Position numbers and translations under genes: made by a program
Source: Mobula hypostoma
Taxonomy: Eukaryota
Length of the DNA stretch: 64,000 nt
Assembly: GCF_963921235.1 (NCBI RefSeq)
Contig: NC_086097.1
Coordinates: 197,286,001 to 197,350,000, forward strand
Direction of reading: 5' to 3'
Notes under the pieces: model-generated
What the model was told of the DNA's origin: nothing
The model's database searches: none
What the model saw: only the letters and a program-made list of their open reading frames with translations
Shown: positions 63,458-64,000 of the stretch, piece by piece
How positions within the stretch are numbered: the first letter of the stretch is position 1
Layout: every line of letters begins with the position of its first letter

Positions 63458-63920
63458 GGGTAGCCTCCAACCTGATGGCATGAACATTGACTTCTCTAAC
63501 TTCCGTTAATTCCCCATCTCCCCTTCGTACCCCATCCCTTATTTATTTATTATTTTTTTCTTTCCCCCTTTTTTCTCTATTTTTTTGTCCCTCTGCTCTC
63601 TCACTATAACTCCTTGCCTGTCCTCTGGGACCCCCCCACCTTTTCTTCCTCCCTAGGCCTCCCGTCCCATGATCCTCTCCCTTCTCCAGCCTCGTATCCC
63701 TTTTGCCAATCAACTTTCTAGCTCTTAGCTCCATCCCTCCCCCTCCTGTCTTCTCCTCTCATTTCGGATCTCCCCCTCCCTCTCCCACTTTCAAATCTCT
63801 TATTATTTCTTCTTTCAGTTAGTTCTGACGAAGGGTCTCGGCCTGAAGCGTCGACTGTACCTCTTCCTATAGATGCTGCCTGGCCTGCTGCCTTCATCAG
63901 CATTTTTTGTGTGTGTTGGG
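63458..63920 (+). mobile_element. Penelope-like 3' end / pseudo-LTR with a hammerhead motif
   Basis: 15-bp TSD AGCATAGGTAAGTCT/AGCATAGATAAGTCT (63443-63457, 63921-63935). ORF end GSLQPDGMNIDFSNFR*. Motif UAGUU-CUGACGA-A-GGG-UCUCGG-CCU-GAAG-CGUC-GACUG at 63820-63857. Confidence 0.82.
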
Positions 63921-64000
63921 AGCATAGATAAGTCTCCAGAACAGGATGGGAAATATCCCAAATTAATATGGCAAATGAGGGAAAAGGCTGTTGCGGTTTT

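Larger units (their letters stand above)
61255..64000 (+). mobile_element. Degraded CR1 (end of ORF1 and start of ORF2) interrupted by Rex1 and Penelope inserts
   Basis: IGTND and RTSRVVISGLLPVP (ORF1), CVYFNARSI (ORF2 start), then endonuclease/tether remnants running to the window end. Confidence 0.7.

Noticed and set aside
47002..64000. Peg13-like imprinted transcript or the next TRAPPC9 exon
   Set aside because: Peg13 is a mammalian feature of a later intron and no non-TE CpG island is visible here. No match to the expected next exon (SAHSLQPSSGDEIS-like) was found.

Overview
This is vertebrate genomic DNA, most likely from a cartilaginous fish (ray or shark). That assignment is inferred only from the repeat mix (CR1, Rex1, Penelope, L1, V-SINE), not from a search. 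The one host gene I can support is TRAPPC9 (NIBP) on the + strand. Six consecutive internal coding exons (144, 127, 146, 86, 127 and 133 nt, all AG/GT) splice into one open frame; the start and stop lie outside the window. The rest is intron dense with nested transposable elements, and most ORF-track hits are decayed reverse transcriptase, endonuclease, ORF1 or gag fragments, or noise. Four observations stand out. (1) A 526-bp non-coding retroposon with a perfect target-site duplication (TSD), at 8381-8906 (-), whose 5' end folds by eye into a complete HDV-like self-cleaving ribozyme starting exactly at the element boundary. (2) Penelope-like elements carrying minimal hammerhead ribozyme motifs. 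(3) An L1-clade insertion with the geometry of a twin-priming 5' inversion. (4) A retroposon that inserted 4 nt from a TRAPPC9 exon, where a 25-bp duplication rebuilt the splice acceptor. All family names and RNA folds come from manual reading; nothing was computed or searched.
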